Below, piece after piece: positions 22,045-34,489 of a stretch of DNA of 64,000 bases. Below the pieces are notes generated by a model, which did no database searches, had not been told where the DNA came from, and worked only from the letters and a program-made list of their open reading frames with translations. The stretch is from Mobula birostris (lineage: Eukaryota): positions 163,394,432-163,458,431 of the forward strand of contig NC_092374.1 in NCBI RefSeq assembly GCF_030028105.1. The letters run 5' to 3'. Position 1 is the first letter of the stretch. The number at the start of each line of letters is the position of its first letter. The position numbers were made by a program, and so were the translations under genes.

Positions 22045-24731
22045 TGGTACCTTGAAAAAGTATTCAGCCTCCAACCATTTGTTCATGTAAATGAGTATAC
22101 AACCAGGGATTTTGATCAATCCAACTGAGAATTCTTATTTGTGAATCACATGCTCCCTTTTTCACAGTGGAACACAAAAAAAAGGAAAATTGTAAAACAT
22201 GAAAAATTAAAAATCCAAAAACTGAAATGTCCGCAGTTCAAAAGTATTCATCCCCCTTTGCTTAGTACTAGGCAGTGGTCTTTTGAATAAGTCTCTATTA
22301 GCTTTGCACAACATGATACAGCAAGATTTGTCCATTCCCCCTTGCAAAATTACTGAAGCTATGCCAGGTGAGTTGAGGAACAGTGACATACAACAATCTA
22401 GATGTCTTGCCAGAGATGTTCAGCTGGTTAAGGACAGGACTCTGACTGGGTCACTCAAGGGCATCAACTTTCTTCATTTGAAGCCACTCCATGGTTACCC
22501 TGGTAGTGTGATTTGGGTTGTTGTCCTGCTGTAGGACAAACTTCCTCCCCAGTTTAAACTTTCTTCTAGAAGCTAGCAGGTTTTTATCCAGGATCTCTCT
22601 GTATTTAGCAGCATTCATCTTCCAATCAATCCTGATCAGATTTTCTGTCCCTGCTGCTGAAAAGCAACCCCATGGTATGAGGACTACCTCCACCATACTT
22701 TACAGTATTAATGATGTTATCTGGCTGATGCAATTATTTAAGCCACACCTACCACTTAATGTTGAGGCAAATAGTCTTATCTGACCACAAGACCTCCTTC
22801 CACATCTTTACAGTGCCTTCTTAGTGATTCTTTGCAAAGTCTTTAAAGACATGATTTTTTTAGCCAGCTCTTCTTCCTTGCCTCTCTTCCATAAATACAC
22901 TTGTTGTGCAAGGCCTTAGAGATTGTGAAGCCATGAACTTCATCTCCAGTTGCTGCCACTAACTTCTGCAGCTTGCTCACAGTAGCCTTGCTTTCAAGTG
23001 CTATTCTTCTCTGGCAACTATATTTAGTGGGGCAATTTGACATGGGCTGTGAGGTTTTGGTTTATTATTTTTTTTCCACTTCTCACCATGGATTGCACTG
23101 AGCTCTGAGGTATAATCAATGCTTTGAGATGGTCCTGTACCCTTTCCCAGTTGTGTGCTTCTCCATTACAAATACATATGTCAGGATGCTGCTGGTCAAT
23201 ATAAAAACCTACTGTGTGTCAGGATGTTGTCTATTGACTACAGATCAGCCATCATTCTTACAGTCCTGATTGAAATACTACCAAACCTGGGGCTTTGTAC
23301 CTCCCTCTCCAACTGGATCCTCAACTTCCTTAGTGAAAGATCACAATGTGTGTGGATTGGAAATAGCATCTCCACCTCACTAACAATCAACACCGGCTCT
23401 CCACAGGGATGCGTGCTCAGCCCATTGCTCTACTCTCTCTACACCCATGACTGTGTGGCTCGGCCCAGCTCAAATGCCATCTGTAAATTTACTGATGATA
23501 CAATCATTCTTGGCAGAATCTCAGATGGTTACAAGAGTACGTACAGGAGTGAGATATACCAGCTAGTTGAGCGGTGTCACAGCCACGACCTTGTATTCAA
23601 TGTCAGTAAGACCAAGTAACTGATTGTGAACTTCAGAAAGGGTAAGACAAGTGAACACACACACACCAGTCCTTATAGAGGGATCAGAAGTGGAGAGAGT
23701 GAGCAATTTCTAATTTCTCTGTAATACCACTGAGGACCTAACCTGGCCCCAAAATATTGATGCAGCTATAAAGAAGGCAAGACAGCAGCTATATTTCATT
23801 AGGAGTTTGCAGAGATTTGGTATATCACTTAAAACACTCAAAAATGTCTACAGATATACCATGGAGAGTATTCGGACTGGCAGCAACACTGTCTCATTAG
23901 GGTGGGGTGGTGGGCTACAGAACAGGATTGAAGAAAGCTGCAGAGAATGGTAAAATTAGTCAGCTTCACATGATGGATTCTAGCCTCCATAGTATCCAAG
24001 ACATCTTCAAGGAGCGGTACCTCAAAATGGTGGCGCCCATCATTAAGGACCCCCCACCACCCAGGACATGCCTTCTTCTCATTGTTACCATCAGGAGGGA
24101 GGTACAGAAACCTGAAGCCTCACACTCGGCGATTCAGGAACAGCTTCTTCTCCTCTGCTGTGCAATTTTTTGAATGGACATTGAAACCATGAACTCTACC
24201 TGACGACTCTTTTATTTTGCACTACTTATTTAATTTAACTATTTGATATTTATATGCTGCAAAGTTAAGAAATTTCACAATGTATGCTGGTGATATTAAA
24301 CCTGATTCTGCTTCTGATTATCATTTCCCTGACTTGTCTCGAATGTTCTTTAATCCTCATTTTGATTTGGTCTACCATATCATTGGGCCTTAAAGAGAAA
24401 GGGGGCATTTATTCTGATGAGTTCATTGAGGACATGTTATTGTGCAGTTTTCTGTATGAACAAATTGGGTAAGTTGGTAAAGTAATACTGTACCTGAGGA
24501 AGGTTAGCATCATAATTACAAAGGGGGTGAATACTTTTTCAGCCTCACATTTTGGCTTTTAATTTTTAGTAATTTTTTTTCAGACTTTTATTTTTTGATT
24601 TGATTTGACATGATGCATAGTGTTTTGTAGATTAGCTCAAAAATTCTGCTACAATATATTTTAAATTTAGAAAATGAGACAGTAAAAATGTGAAATTAGT
24701 TGTCAGGGCTGAATACTTTTTCAAGGCACTG
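22045..24731 (-). mobile_element. Tc1-family DNA transposon (IR/DR type), transposase pseudogene
   Basis: Ends (TGGTA)CCTTGAAAAAGTATTCAGCC and GGCTGAATACTTTTTCAAGGCACTG flanked by TA; inner DRs at ~22240 and ~24523; 'WGCFSAAG..MNAAKYREIL..QQDNNPNH'. Confidence 0.92.
23180..24318 (+). mobile_element. 5'-truncated Rex1/Babar LINE inserted in Tc1
   Basis: '[27 protein letters not shown]'; tail 'cctgattctgcttctga'. Confidence 0.9.
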
Positions 24732-24904
24732 TAGCTGAGTGACAAAACCTGAAGGGTTAAATGGAAAATAAAATGGGACTAGTGCAGGACTAGCATCAAT
24801 GGGTGCTCAGCAGCCAGTGTAGTCTGAAGGGTTTATTCCAGAATGTACAATTTTATAAATCTCTGAAAGTAATGGGAAAACAAATAGAGCATGGATTGGA
24901 GAGC

Positions 24905-25300
24905 ACGTCTAATTGAGTGAGCTAGGGATTTTCTCTTTGGAGTAAAGGGGGCTGAGAGATGACTTGATAGAGGTGTATAAGATGATAAGAGACATAGTCA
25001 GAGTGGACATCCAGCAACTTTTCCCAGGGGAAAATGGTATAACTTTAAGGTGATTGGAGAAAAGTATAGGAGGGATGTCAGAGTAGGGTTTTACACAAAG
25101 ATCAGTGGATGCATGGAGCATATTGTTAAGGGTGGTGGTAGAGGCAGATTCTTAGATAGGATCATGGATGATAGAAAAACAGAGGGCTCTGTGGCATGGA
25201 AGGATTAAATTGGTTTTATAGAAGGTTAAAATGTCAACACAACATCATGAGTGGAAAGGCCTGTATTGTGCTCTGTTCTCCTATGTTCTTTGTTCTACGT
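24905..25300 (+). mobile_element. CR1 3' fragment
   Basis: 'ELGIFSLE*RGLRDDLIEVYKMIR'; tail 'tgttctcctatgttct'. Confidence 0.8.
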
Positions 25301-28300
25301 TCTATGATTAATAGGAAAGTCTTATTTCCTATATCACAAGTACATTTGGAGAGCTTTGTAATAAGGTAAAACGTGAAAGGGTTAGAGGGGAGTTGAAGAA
25401 AAATAACTTCAACCAAACAGTGGAGGACTGTTCACAGTGAGGGAGGCAGCCTGAAACTGCAGAGAGATCATGATGTGTCAGTCAAATGGGTTGAAAACTT
25501 GCAGATGGAATTTAATCCAGACTAATGTCGTGATGAATATTCACTTTCCAGGGCCTGAGAGGCTTACTGCTAAACTCAGTTTTCTAACACAGCAACATGA
25601 CCTTTCCAAACGGCCAGAGTTGTTGTTAATAACGTCATTTTTTTTAGCAAATATTCTTTGCTCAGCTGTTTGTTGTAAATAAGAACCAGTCCCCAGTTCT
25701 TAATATAAATTGCAAGGAGCAAACAGTTTGTAGTTGCGGGGACAACTTTACAAAGCAAGGTGACAAAGATACAGGTCCCCATTAGCCAAATGCAAGACAA
25801 TGGAGTTATGTCACTTAGCACATCAAAGGTGGCTACAAGTTGGGATGCTTATGTACTCAGCCCTCACAGTAATAATTGTGGATGTTTCTGATCCCTGTCA
25901 CCAGAAGCTGTTAAGACCATTGGTATGAATTACTCTGTTCTAGGAAAGGTATCTGGAAAAATTCATATGTAGATGATGTCATCAAATAGAAAATAGCATA
26001 AATAACATCAGAATTTGGGGATTGTTAGGAATGACAAGAATAAAAAAGTGACAGGAAGATGGGGTTACAGAAAGAGATAGAATTCATTCCTCAACCTTCG
26101 ATTCCTATGACAGACAAGTCATTCATCTGCAACTCATTGGCATGTTCATAACAATTGTGTGTTGTGTAGTTTGTAAACCTTTTGTAATCTGGTAACCTTT
26201 CATAAATTAGAAATCCTCTGTGAGTGTTAAATGTGCTTTAAGAATTATTTGTCTGAATTTAAAGAATATCGTAACATTAAAAATAAAATATCTGTATTTA
26301 AACTACTTTGTTAATTGGAAGAATCTCCTACTTGGTAGGGAGGGAAGTATCTATGACTGAAGCAGTGAGTATTGGCAGCTAAATCTCATCACATAGACAT
26401 ATCATACATGGTTCCAATCACTGGAGGCACCAGTGTCCTCCAGGTGTCAATGATCCTCTTCCCCTGATTATTAGTTGGTTACTTTCACCTGTGTCCTGTT
26501 TTAGTTATCAGTGCACCTGTGCCATGTTTTGCTTCCCTATTTAAGTTCCCTCTATTTTGTTTGTCTTTCCTTAGTCTTGAGTTCATCTATCCTATGAGCA
26601 GTGATGTGTGAATCTTACAAATCAGCCCTCCAGTAAAATTCTTCATTCAACTCCATCCTCATCTCTGGTTTCCTCTGCATTTGGGTACACCTGATCTATT
26701 TCTGAACTTGCTGTCCATGGGTCAAAAACATGGGACTTCACCATAGCAACCATGGTTCAACCCAGCCTGGCAACCATCATTGTGACAGCAAGACTGAGTG
26801 ACAATGTGGATCCAGCAGAGTATAGGCATCTCTCATCAGTGCTGACTCGCCAGGAAGTCATGATAAGTGGTCATGAGCACGTACTCTGGCAGATTATGGC
26901 TGCCCTGCGGACGCTCAGCGAGATCAGCCCACAGAGTCAGCAACCCCTTTCTGCCATGTTGAGTCTCCCGAGTATCTGGACTTGATGGCAACTGAGCAAT
27001 TTAATGGCAACCCAGAGATCCGTAGTGGGTTTCTTATTCAGTGTTCTCTAGCTTATCAGCTGCATCCCAAGTTCCCTTCCAACTGCTACAATATAATCAA
27101 TGTTCTCTCTCTTTGCTCTTGCACAGCTCTCACCTGTGCTATGGTGTTCTAGGAAAAGAACTATCTGACAAATCTCTGTTTGGCAGGGAGAAGAGGAGGG
27201 GTTATGACCAACCAGTTAGTGGAAAAAAGGCAGCCAACAGACTCTTCCAACCTTGTCAGGTACCCATAGCATGGTAGACTATGCAATTTAGTTCGGCACG
27301 CTGGAGAAAGAGAATACTGAAGTCCTTATAGCCATGTTCCACCATAGACCATCAGGTGAAATTAAAGATGAATTGACACCCAGAATCACTGTTAAAGATC
27401 TTGAGACTCTCATCATTACGTCCATCCACGTTGACAATCATCTCCAGAAGAAAGTGCCACAGTGAGTCCATTAGGGTTGCCAGTCTTCAAGCCCCTCTGA
27501 CCTCATCAACCTTGGTACAGTCATCCACACAAAACCCCACCTCCATGGATCCCCTCAAATGGGACAGAGAATAAAGGGAAATTGCTTTCTCCACTGTTGT
27601 GGGCTGGGCCTTTTTTTTTGCCTGTCCTGAGCTGTTGGGAAAACATCCAGACCAGTCCATGGAAGGGAGGTCTGTGATGGGTTCCACAATTCCTCCGAGG
27701 CCTGTTACATCCAGTTTATGCTGACTACCTCCACCTCCTGGGGCAAACATTAACATGCTCTTGAAGTCTTGGAGGATTCTAGTGCAGCAGGCAATTTCAT
27801 GGACCTCAGGTTAACAACAATCTTCGAGTGCCCCCGGACCATGTCATGCAACTGGACATGGCTATGGCTCTGGATGGAAGACCTTTGGGCTCTGAGATGA
27901 TCCACCATCTCAATGGTCCCCTCTGAACAGCAGAAGAGCATACTAAGACTATCCAGTTTCACATTATCCATCCTCGTGAGTTCCATTTGATATTAGGACA
28001 CCCTGATTAGCCTCCACGACCCACAAATTGGCTGGTCCACTAGTGCACTCCACAGATGGAGTTCTCATGTTAGGCTGCCTGTCCACCTATCTCTTCCAAA
28101 CTGTTCCAACTTCCTCTGAGTTTATAAACCTGCTAGAGGTTTTTAGTAAGAAAAAAATCACAACACTTCCACCTCATTGTACCTATGAGTGCCCAATTGA
28201 ATTGCTGCCTGGAACCTGTCTGCCCTGAGGAAGACTATACTTCCTGTCAGCTCCAGAATGGATTGCCACAGAGGAGTACATCTGTGATGTCTTGGCATTG

Positions 28301-31300
28301 AGTTTCATTTGCCCCTCCACATCCCCTGTTGGTGCGGGCTTCTTCTTTATGGCAAAAAAGGATGGTGGACTTCAACTATGTACAGATTATCAAGGCTTCA
28401 GTAAGATCACAGTGAAGAACTGGTACCCCTTGCCACTGATGACCATGGCTTTGGAGTTGCTGCAATGGACAACCATCTTTATTAAACTGGATCTCAGAAA
28501 TGCATACAACCTGGTCTGCATTCAGGAGGGTGCTGCACAGAATACTGCTTTTAACATCCCCACTGCCCACTATGAATATCTCGTAACGCTGCTCGGTTTG
28601 CTCAACATCCCAATGGTCTTCCAGGTCCTTCTGAGAGATGCTAAATCACCTTGACTTCATTTATCTGGATAATATACTAATCTCTTACAAGAGTTGCCAT
28701 GAACACATCCAACATACTTGATGGGCCCTTCAATGTTCACTCGAGAACCAACTGGAAAAGAGTGAGTTCCACCTCCTGTCTCCTTCCTTGGGTTCACTGT
28801 CTTGAAGGGGATCTGCAGATGGACCATAGTAAGACCCAGGACTTCAGGGATAGGCCACAGCCCATTATGATCAAGCAGGTCCAGCCCATTCTGTGGTTTG
28901 CTAATTTTACCAGAGGTTTATCTGCAACTTCACTTCCATCACAGTACCTCTTGCTGCTCTGTCTGAGGAAACCTCCAGCCCATTTTGCTGGATCCCAAAA
29001 CCCAAGGTAGTTTTCCAAGAATTGAAATGTCACTTCACATCAGATTCTGTCCTTATTATCCCTGACCCAGAGCTGCTGTTCATTGTTGAAGTAGATGCCT
29101 CACATGGTGGGTTTGTGGCCATTCTCTCACAAAACCCCTGTCTGACCAGAAACTCCTTCCCTGTGTTTTCTTCTCCTGGCAACTCTCACATGCAGAGAGG
29201 AATTACGATATATGGAACAGAGAGCTGTTAGCAGTCAAATTATCCTTGGAGGAGAGAAGACGTTGGCTACAGGGGGCCAAACATCTATTTGTGGTCTGGA
29301 CCGACCTTAAGAGCCTAGCCTATTTTCAGGAGGCAAAGTGTTTAAATTCGCACCAAACTCAGCGGTCTCTCTTTTTTAACTGTTTTGAATTTTATCATCA
29401 CCTGAAAACCCCGAAACCAGATGAGTGCGCCAGTCAGTCTGAAAAACTAGACCTGGCCTATGTCCCAGAACCCACCCTCCCGAGTTCCAGGTGGGTGGCA
29501 CTGGTACAAATGGAGATTGAGACCATTGCCAGAACACAACAGTAGAAAGCAGACCCAGGGGACAGCCCACTTGGTTGCATTTTTATCCCTAACTCTGTCC
29601 ATTCAGATGTGTTACAGTGGGGGCATGCATCACGTAATGCAGGGCACCTGGAGACCGCTTGAATGGTGGAGTTCATAAAGAGGCGGTCCTGGTAGCCAGG
29701 CATTGAAGGGGATGTTAAATCACACATGGAAGCCTGTCACATCTTTACACAAAACAAGGAACCCAGATCATAGTCATCGGGCTGCTACACTCAGTGTCAT
29801 TCTTTCCTGTGCCTTGTTTCATAACTCCCCTATCTATGCCTCTCATAATCTTGTAGACCTCCATCAAGTCCCCTCTCATCCTTCTACGTTCCAAAGAGAA
29901 AAGTCCCAGCTCTGCTAACCTTGCCTCATAAGACTTGTTTTCCAATCCAGGCAACATCCTGGTAAATCTCCTCTGCACCCTCTCCATAGCTTCCACATCC
30001 TTCCCATAATAAGGTGTCCAGAACTGAACACAATACTCTAAGTGTGGTCTCACCAGAGATTTGTAGAGTTGCAACATGACCTCTCTAATCTTGAACTCAA
30101 TCCCCCTATTAATGAAGCCTAGTATTCCATAGACCTTCTTAACTATCCTATCAACCTCTGCAGCGACCTTGAGGGATGTATGGATTTTAGAACCCCTAGG
30201 TCCCTCTATTCATTCACACTCTTAAGTAACCAACCATTAACCCTGTACTCAGCCTTCTGGTTTGTCCTTCCAAAATGCATCACCTCACACTTATCCAGAT
30301 TGAACTCCATCTGCCACTTTTCTGCCCAACTCTGCATCCTGTCTATATCCTCTTGTAACCTTCGACAACCTACATCTCCATCCACAACTCCTCCAATCTT
30401 CGTGTCATCCGCAAACTTACTCTCCCGTCCTTCCGCCTCTTCATCCAGGTCATTTATAAAAATCACAAAGAGCAGGGGTCCCAGGACAGATCCTTGTGGT
30501 ACTCCACTAATCACCGACCTCCAGGAAGAAAACTTTCCTTCCACTACTACCCTCTGCTTTCTTCCTTTAAGCCAATTTTTATCCAAACAGCCAAGGTTCC
30601 ACTGATCCCATGCCTCATGACTTTCTGGATGAGTCTCTCGAGAGGGACCTTGTCAAATGCCTTGCTAAAATCCATGTAGACCACATCTACCACCCTACCC
30701 TCATCAGTTTATTTTGTTACCTCTTCAAATAACTCAATTAGGCTCGTGAGGCATGACCTTCCCTTCACAAAGCCATGTTGACTATCCTTGAGTAGACTGT
30801 CCTTCTCCAAGTGCTTGTAGATCCTATTCTTAAGAATCCTTTCCAATAGTTTGCAGACCACTGACGTAAAACTCACTGGTCTGCAGTTCCCAGGGTTCTC
30901 CCTATTACCGTTTTTTAACAAGGGAACTACATTTACCATTCTCCAATCCTCCAGCACCTCCCCTGCAGCGAAAGAGGATTCAAAGATCATAGCTACTGCT
31001 CCAGCGATCTCTTCTCTCACTTTCCACAGCAACCTGGGGTATATCACGTCTGGTCCTGGGGACTTATCAATCTTGATGTTTTTAAGAAGATCCGACACTT
31101 CTTCTTCCTTAATCTCCACATTGTCCAGCACACAGGCCTGTCCTATTTCGACCTCACCCTGATCAAGGTCCTTTTCACATATGAATACTGAAGCAAAGTA
31201 TTCATTTAGGACCTCCCCAACCTCCTCCGCCTCCAGGCACACGTTGTCTTCTTTATCCTTTAGCGGCCCCACATTCATTCTTGTCATCCTTCTGTTCTTC

Positions 31301-31570
31301 ACATACGCATAGAACGCCTTGGGGTTCTCCTTAATCCTACATGCCAAGACCTTCTCATGCCCCCTTCGAGCTCTCCTAAGTTCTTTCTTAAGCTCCTTCC
31401 TGGCTACCCTATATTTCTCATGAGCCTCTCCTGCTTCCTGCTTCTTATATCTAACATATGCTTCCTTCTTCCTCTTGACGAGTTGCCTCATGTGTTTTGT
31501 CAGCCACGGTTCCCTTTTCCTACCATTTTTTCTTGTCTCAGTGGGACAAACCTAACCTGACCCAGCACAA

Positions 31571-31729
31571 CAACAGGAATTCTGCAGATGCTGGAAATTC
31601 AAGCAACACACATCAAAGTTGCTGGTAAACGCAGCAGGCCAGGCAGCATCTGTAGGAAGAGGTGCAGTCGACGTTTCAGGCTGAGACCCTTCATCAGGAC
31701 ACGTTTACCAGCAACTTTGATGTGTGTTG
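31571..31729 (-). mobile_element. 159-bp non-coding mini-Penelope with inverted stub
   Basis: TSD CCTGACCCAGCACAA at 31556-31570 and 31730-31744; stub at 31702-31729. Confidence 0.9.
31667..31700 (-). ncRNA. Minimal type-I hammerhead ribozyme, core intact (stem I 3 bp)
   Basis: GTC-CTGATGA-A-GGGT(CTCA)GCCT-GAAA-CGTC^GAC. Confidence 0.75.
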
Positions 31730-32184
31730 CCTGACCCAGCACAAGTGGTCTCTAAACTTCCTCCACATTACTTCTGTGCTTTCACCCTTGAACATCTGTT
31801 TCCAATTTACTCTCGCTAGTTCCTGCCTCATCTCTTCATAGTTAGCCTTTCCCCAGTTAAGCACTTTCCAATTTTGTCTGTTTTTATCCTTTTTCATAGC
31901 TATGCTGAAGCTAAGGGAGTTGTGGTCACTCTCACCAAAATGCTCCCCCACCAAGAGGTCTGCCACCTGATCAGGTTCATTACCCAGAACTAGATCCAGT
32001 ATGGCCCCTTCTCTCGTCGGCCAGTCCATATACTGTATCAGAAATCCTTCTTGACCACACCTGACAAATTCAGCCCCATCTATCCCCCTTGCAGTCAGGA
32101 GGTGCCAGTCAATATGAGAGAAGTAGAAATCACCCATAACTACAACACTGTGTTTCCAGCACCATTCTAAAATCTGCTTATCAG

Positions 32185-32530
32185 CTGTACCGTCCTTGCC
32201 GGCAGAAGTGAAAGAAAGCTCAGACAGCCCTGCTGAAGGCCTCTCTTGCAGCAACAGTGGCATGCTGGCCAAGCTGGCCATTCGCTGGTCAAGGGCTCTG
32301 CTCGAGCTGACGGCCTGCACCTCTTCTGGGGCTACATCCATGCCAGGGTGATCTTAGAGGGAGCGTGCAATCATTATGGGTTCAGTGAGAGATTTCCAGG
32401 AACGGTGCCCCCCCACACCTTGAGTGAATTGAGTGCATTATAGACACTAATTACTGTATTTTAATTTGAATTCCTTTGTGTGTCTTTTGTATTTCAATGA
32501 AGTTTTGTACTTCCCTTTAAAAAAGAAACA
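32185..32530 (+). mobile_element. Tx1-like LINE 3' end
   Basis: 'LAKLAIRWSR..LHLFWGYIHARVILE..FQER' ORF2 C-terminus, then T-rich UTR and A-rich end. Confidence 0.6.
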
Positions 32531-33082
32531 CAGCAACATGCCTAACCTTCAAAGGCAGCTGGGGTCTTCATTTCATTCTGGTCAAAGGACCTGGCTATCC
32601 AGCAATGACCTTTCTCTGCGGGTTGAGCCTCAGGAAATGGCATCACACTACATCGGGCCATTCGAGGTTCTCCATCAGATCACCCGAGTCACTTATTGTC
32701 TTCAGTTGCCATACACAATGCGTATCAACTCCACCTTCCCTGACTCGCATCTAAAACCTCTTCTGTGTAGTCCACTCACGCCAGCCCCAAGACCTCTCCT
32801 GACCTTTGGCATAATCGACGGTCGGCCAGTATACACTGTCCATTGGCTTCTGGACTCCGGTCTGGTTGCAGTACCTGGTGGATTGGAAGGGTTATGACCC
32901 AGGATAGAGGTCATAGATTGCCTCCCGTGACATCCTAGACCCGAATCAGAGACTTTAACTGTCACCACCCGGATCATTCTAGGCCATCAAGTGCCAGCTG
33001 TACAGGGGTGGGGGAGGCTGCCATGCTTCAGTCTGATCACTGGGGCTCCCCTATTAGTAGCTGATTATTTTCAGCCGTGCTT

Positions 33083-34065
33083 TGCAACACACACAAACTG
33101 CTGGAGGAACTCAGCAGGCCAAACAGCATTTATGGAAAAGAGACGGTCAACATTTCAGGCCAAGATACTTCAGCAGGACTGGAGGAAAAAAAAAAGATGA
33201 GGACTAGAGTTAAAAGGTGGGAGGAGAGGAAGGAGAGCACCAAGGTGATAGGTAAAACCAGGTGGGGGGAGGGCAAAGTAAAGAGCTGGGAAGTTGATTT
33301 GTGAAAGGAATACAGGGCTGGAGAAGCGGGAGTTTGATAGGAGAGAACAGAAGGGTATGGAAGAAAGAAAAGGTGAGAGGAGCACCAGAGGGAGGCCATG
33401 GCCGACCAGGAGATAAGATAACAGAAGGAAAAAGGGATTGGGAATTGTGAAGGTGGGTGGGTGGGGGTGGGGGTGGAGGCATTACCGGAAGTTCGAGAAA
33501 ATGATGTTTATATCAACAGGTTGGAAGCTACCCAGACAGAATATAAGGTGTTGTTCCTCCAACCCGAGTGTGGCCTCATCGCAACAGTACAGGAGGCCAT
33601 GGATTGACATATCGGAATGGGAGTGGGAAGTGGAAATAAAATGGGTGACCACCGGGAGATCCCATTTCTTCTGGCGAACATAATATAGATATTCCGCTAA
33701 GCTGTCTCCCAATCTACGTCAGGTCACACTGATATACAGGAGACCACACCGGGAGCACTGAACACAGTCTATAACCCCAACAGACTCACAGGTGAAGTGT
33801 TACCTGACCTGGAAGGACAATTTGGGGTCCTGAATAGTAGTGAGGGAGAAGGTGTAGAGGCAGTTGTAGCACTTGTTCCGCCTGCAAGGATAAGTGCCAG
33901 GAAGGAGATCAGTGGGGAGGGATGAATCGACAAGGGAGTCGCATAGGCAGTGATCCCTGTGGAAAGCAGAGAGTTGGGGGGGGGGGGAAGGAAAAATGTG
34001 CTTGGTGTTGGTTGGGATACCATTGGAGATGGTGGAAGTTCCACAGAATTATGTACTGGACAGGA
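33083..34065 (-). mobile_element. Penelope-like element fragment (GIY-YIG plus pLTR lacking the terminal tail)
   Basis: 'DLPVVTHF..SDMSIHGLLYC..EEQHLIFCLGSFQP'; degenerate hammerhead motif at ~33143-33181. Confidence 0.88.
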
Positions 34066-34084
34066 AACCCAATACAATCACAAA

Positions 34085-34370
34085 GTGAGATGATGCATCT
34101 TTAAAGACGCTGTGATATACATCATGAATGGTTGGGTCTAAGGGAATAGTGAGAAATGGAGGGACATTGGAGTGTCAGTCCATAGAGCTGTGAAGGCAGC
34201 AACATAGGTAGATAATTGGTTAGGAAGGCATATGTGAATAATCAGACATTGAATACAGAAGTTGGGAGGTTATTTATATCATGTTAGTCAAACCTCAGCT
34301 GGGGTATTGTAAGCAATTCTTGGGAAAGATGTGATAGCAATGGAGAGGGTACACACAAAATTGTTTCCTC
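34085..34370 (+). mobile_element. Decayed CR1 RT fragment
   Basis: 'gagatgatgcatctt..gagggacattggagtgtcagtccatag..gggaaagatgtgatagcaatggagagggta'. Confidence 0.6.
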
Positions 34371-34489
34371 CCAGGATCTATTGAAAAACTATAGACATAA
34401 GCAATGAAAGGTAATGAAGGACAACCAATATGATACTTTTTTATATATATTTGACTTGCATTTTTCTCAAGTTTTTAAACATATTAAAA

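Larger units (their letters stand above)
21875..24850 (+). mobile_element. HE1/V-SINE split by Tc1 (21875-22044 and 24732-24850)
   Basis: V-domain-like 'tgcatgttctccctg..ggtttcct..ccaaagacatgagggtt..taattg..tgtaaatt'; continues after the TA duplication. Confidence 0.65.
29826..32180 (-). mobile_element. CR1 LINE ORF2 (EN end to RT) inside Gypsy A; both ends truncated
   Basis: ORFs 31694-32341, 30709-31491, 30206-30586 and 29745-30077 with SDH, KSPGPD, QHGF, PQGSVLGP and FADD motifs. Confidence 0.95.
26400..33080 (+). mobile_element. Gypsy chromovirus-type (Sushi-like) LTR retrotransposon A, decayed and nested
   Basis: 5' LTR ~26400-26787 (..GTGACA); gag 'FNGNPEI..FLIQC'; protease DSSAAGNF; RT '[23 protein letters not shown]'; RNase H 'VEVDAS'; GPF motif and chromodomain-like 'YTVHWLLDS..YLVDWKGY'; PPT at ~33004-33016; 3' LTR start at 33018. 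Confidence 0.9.
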
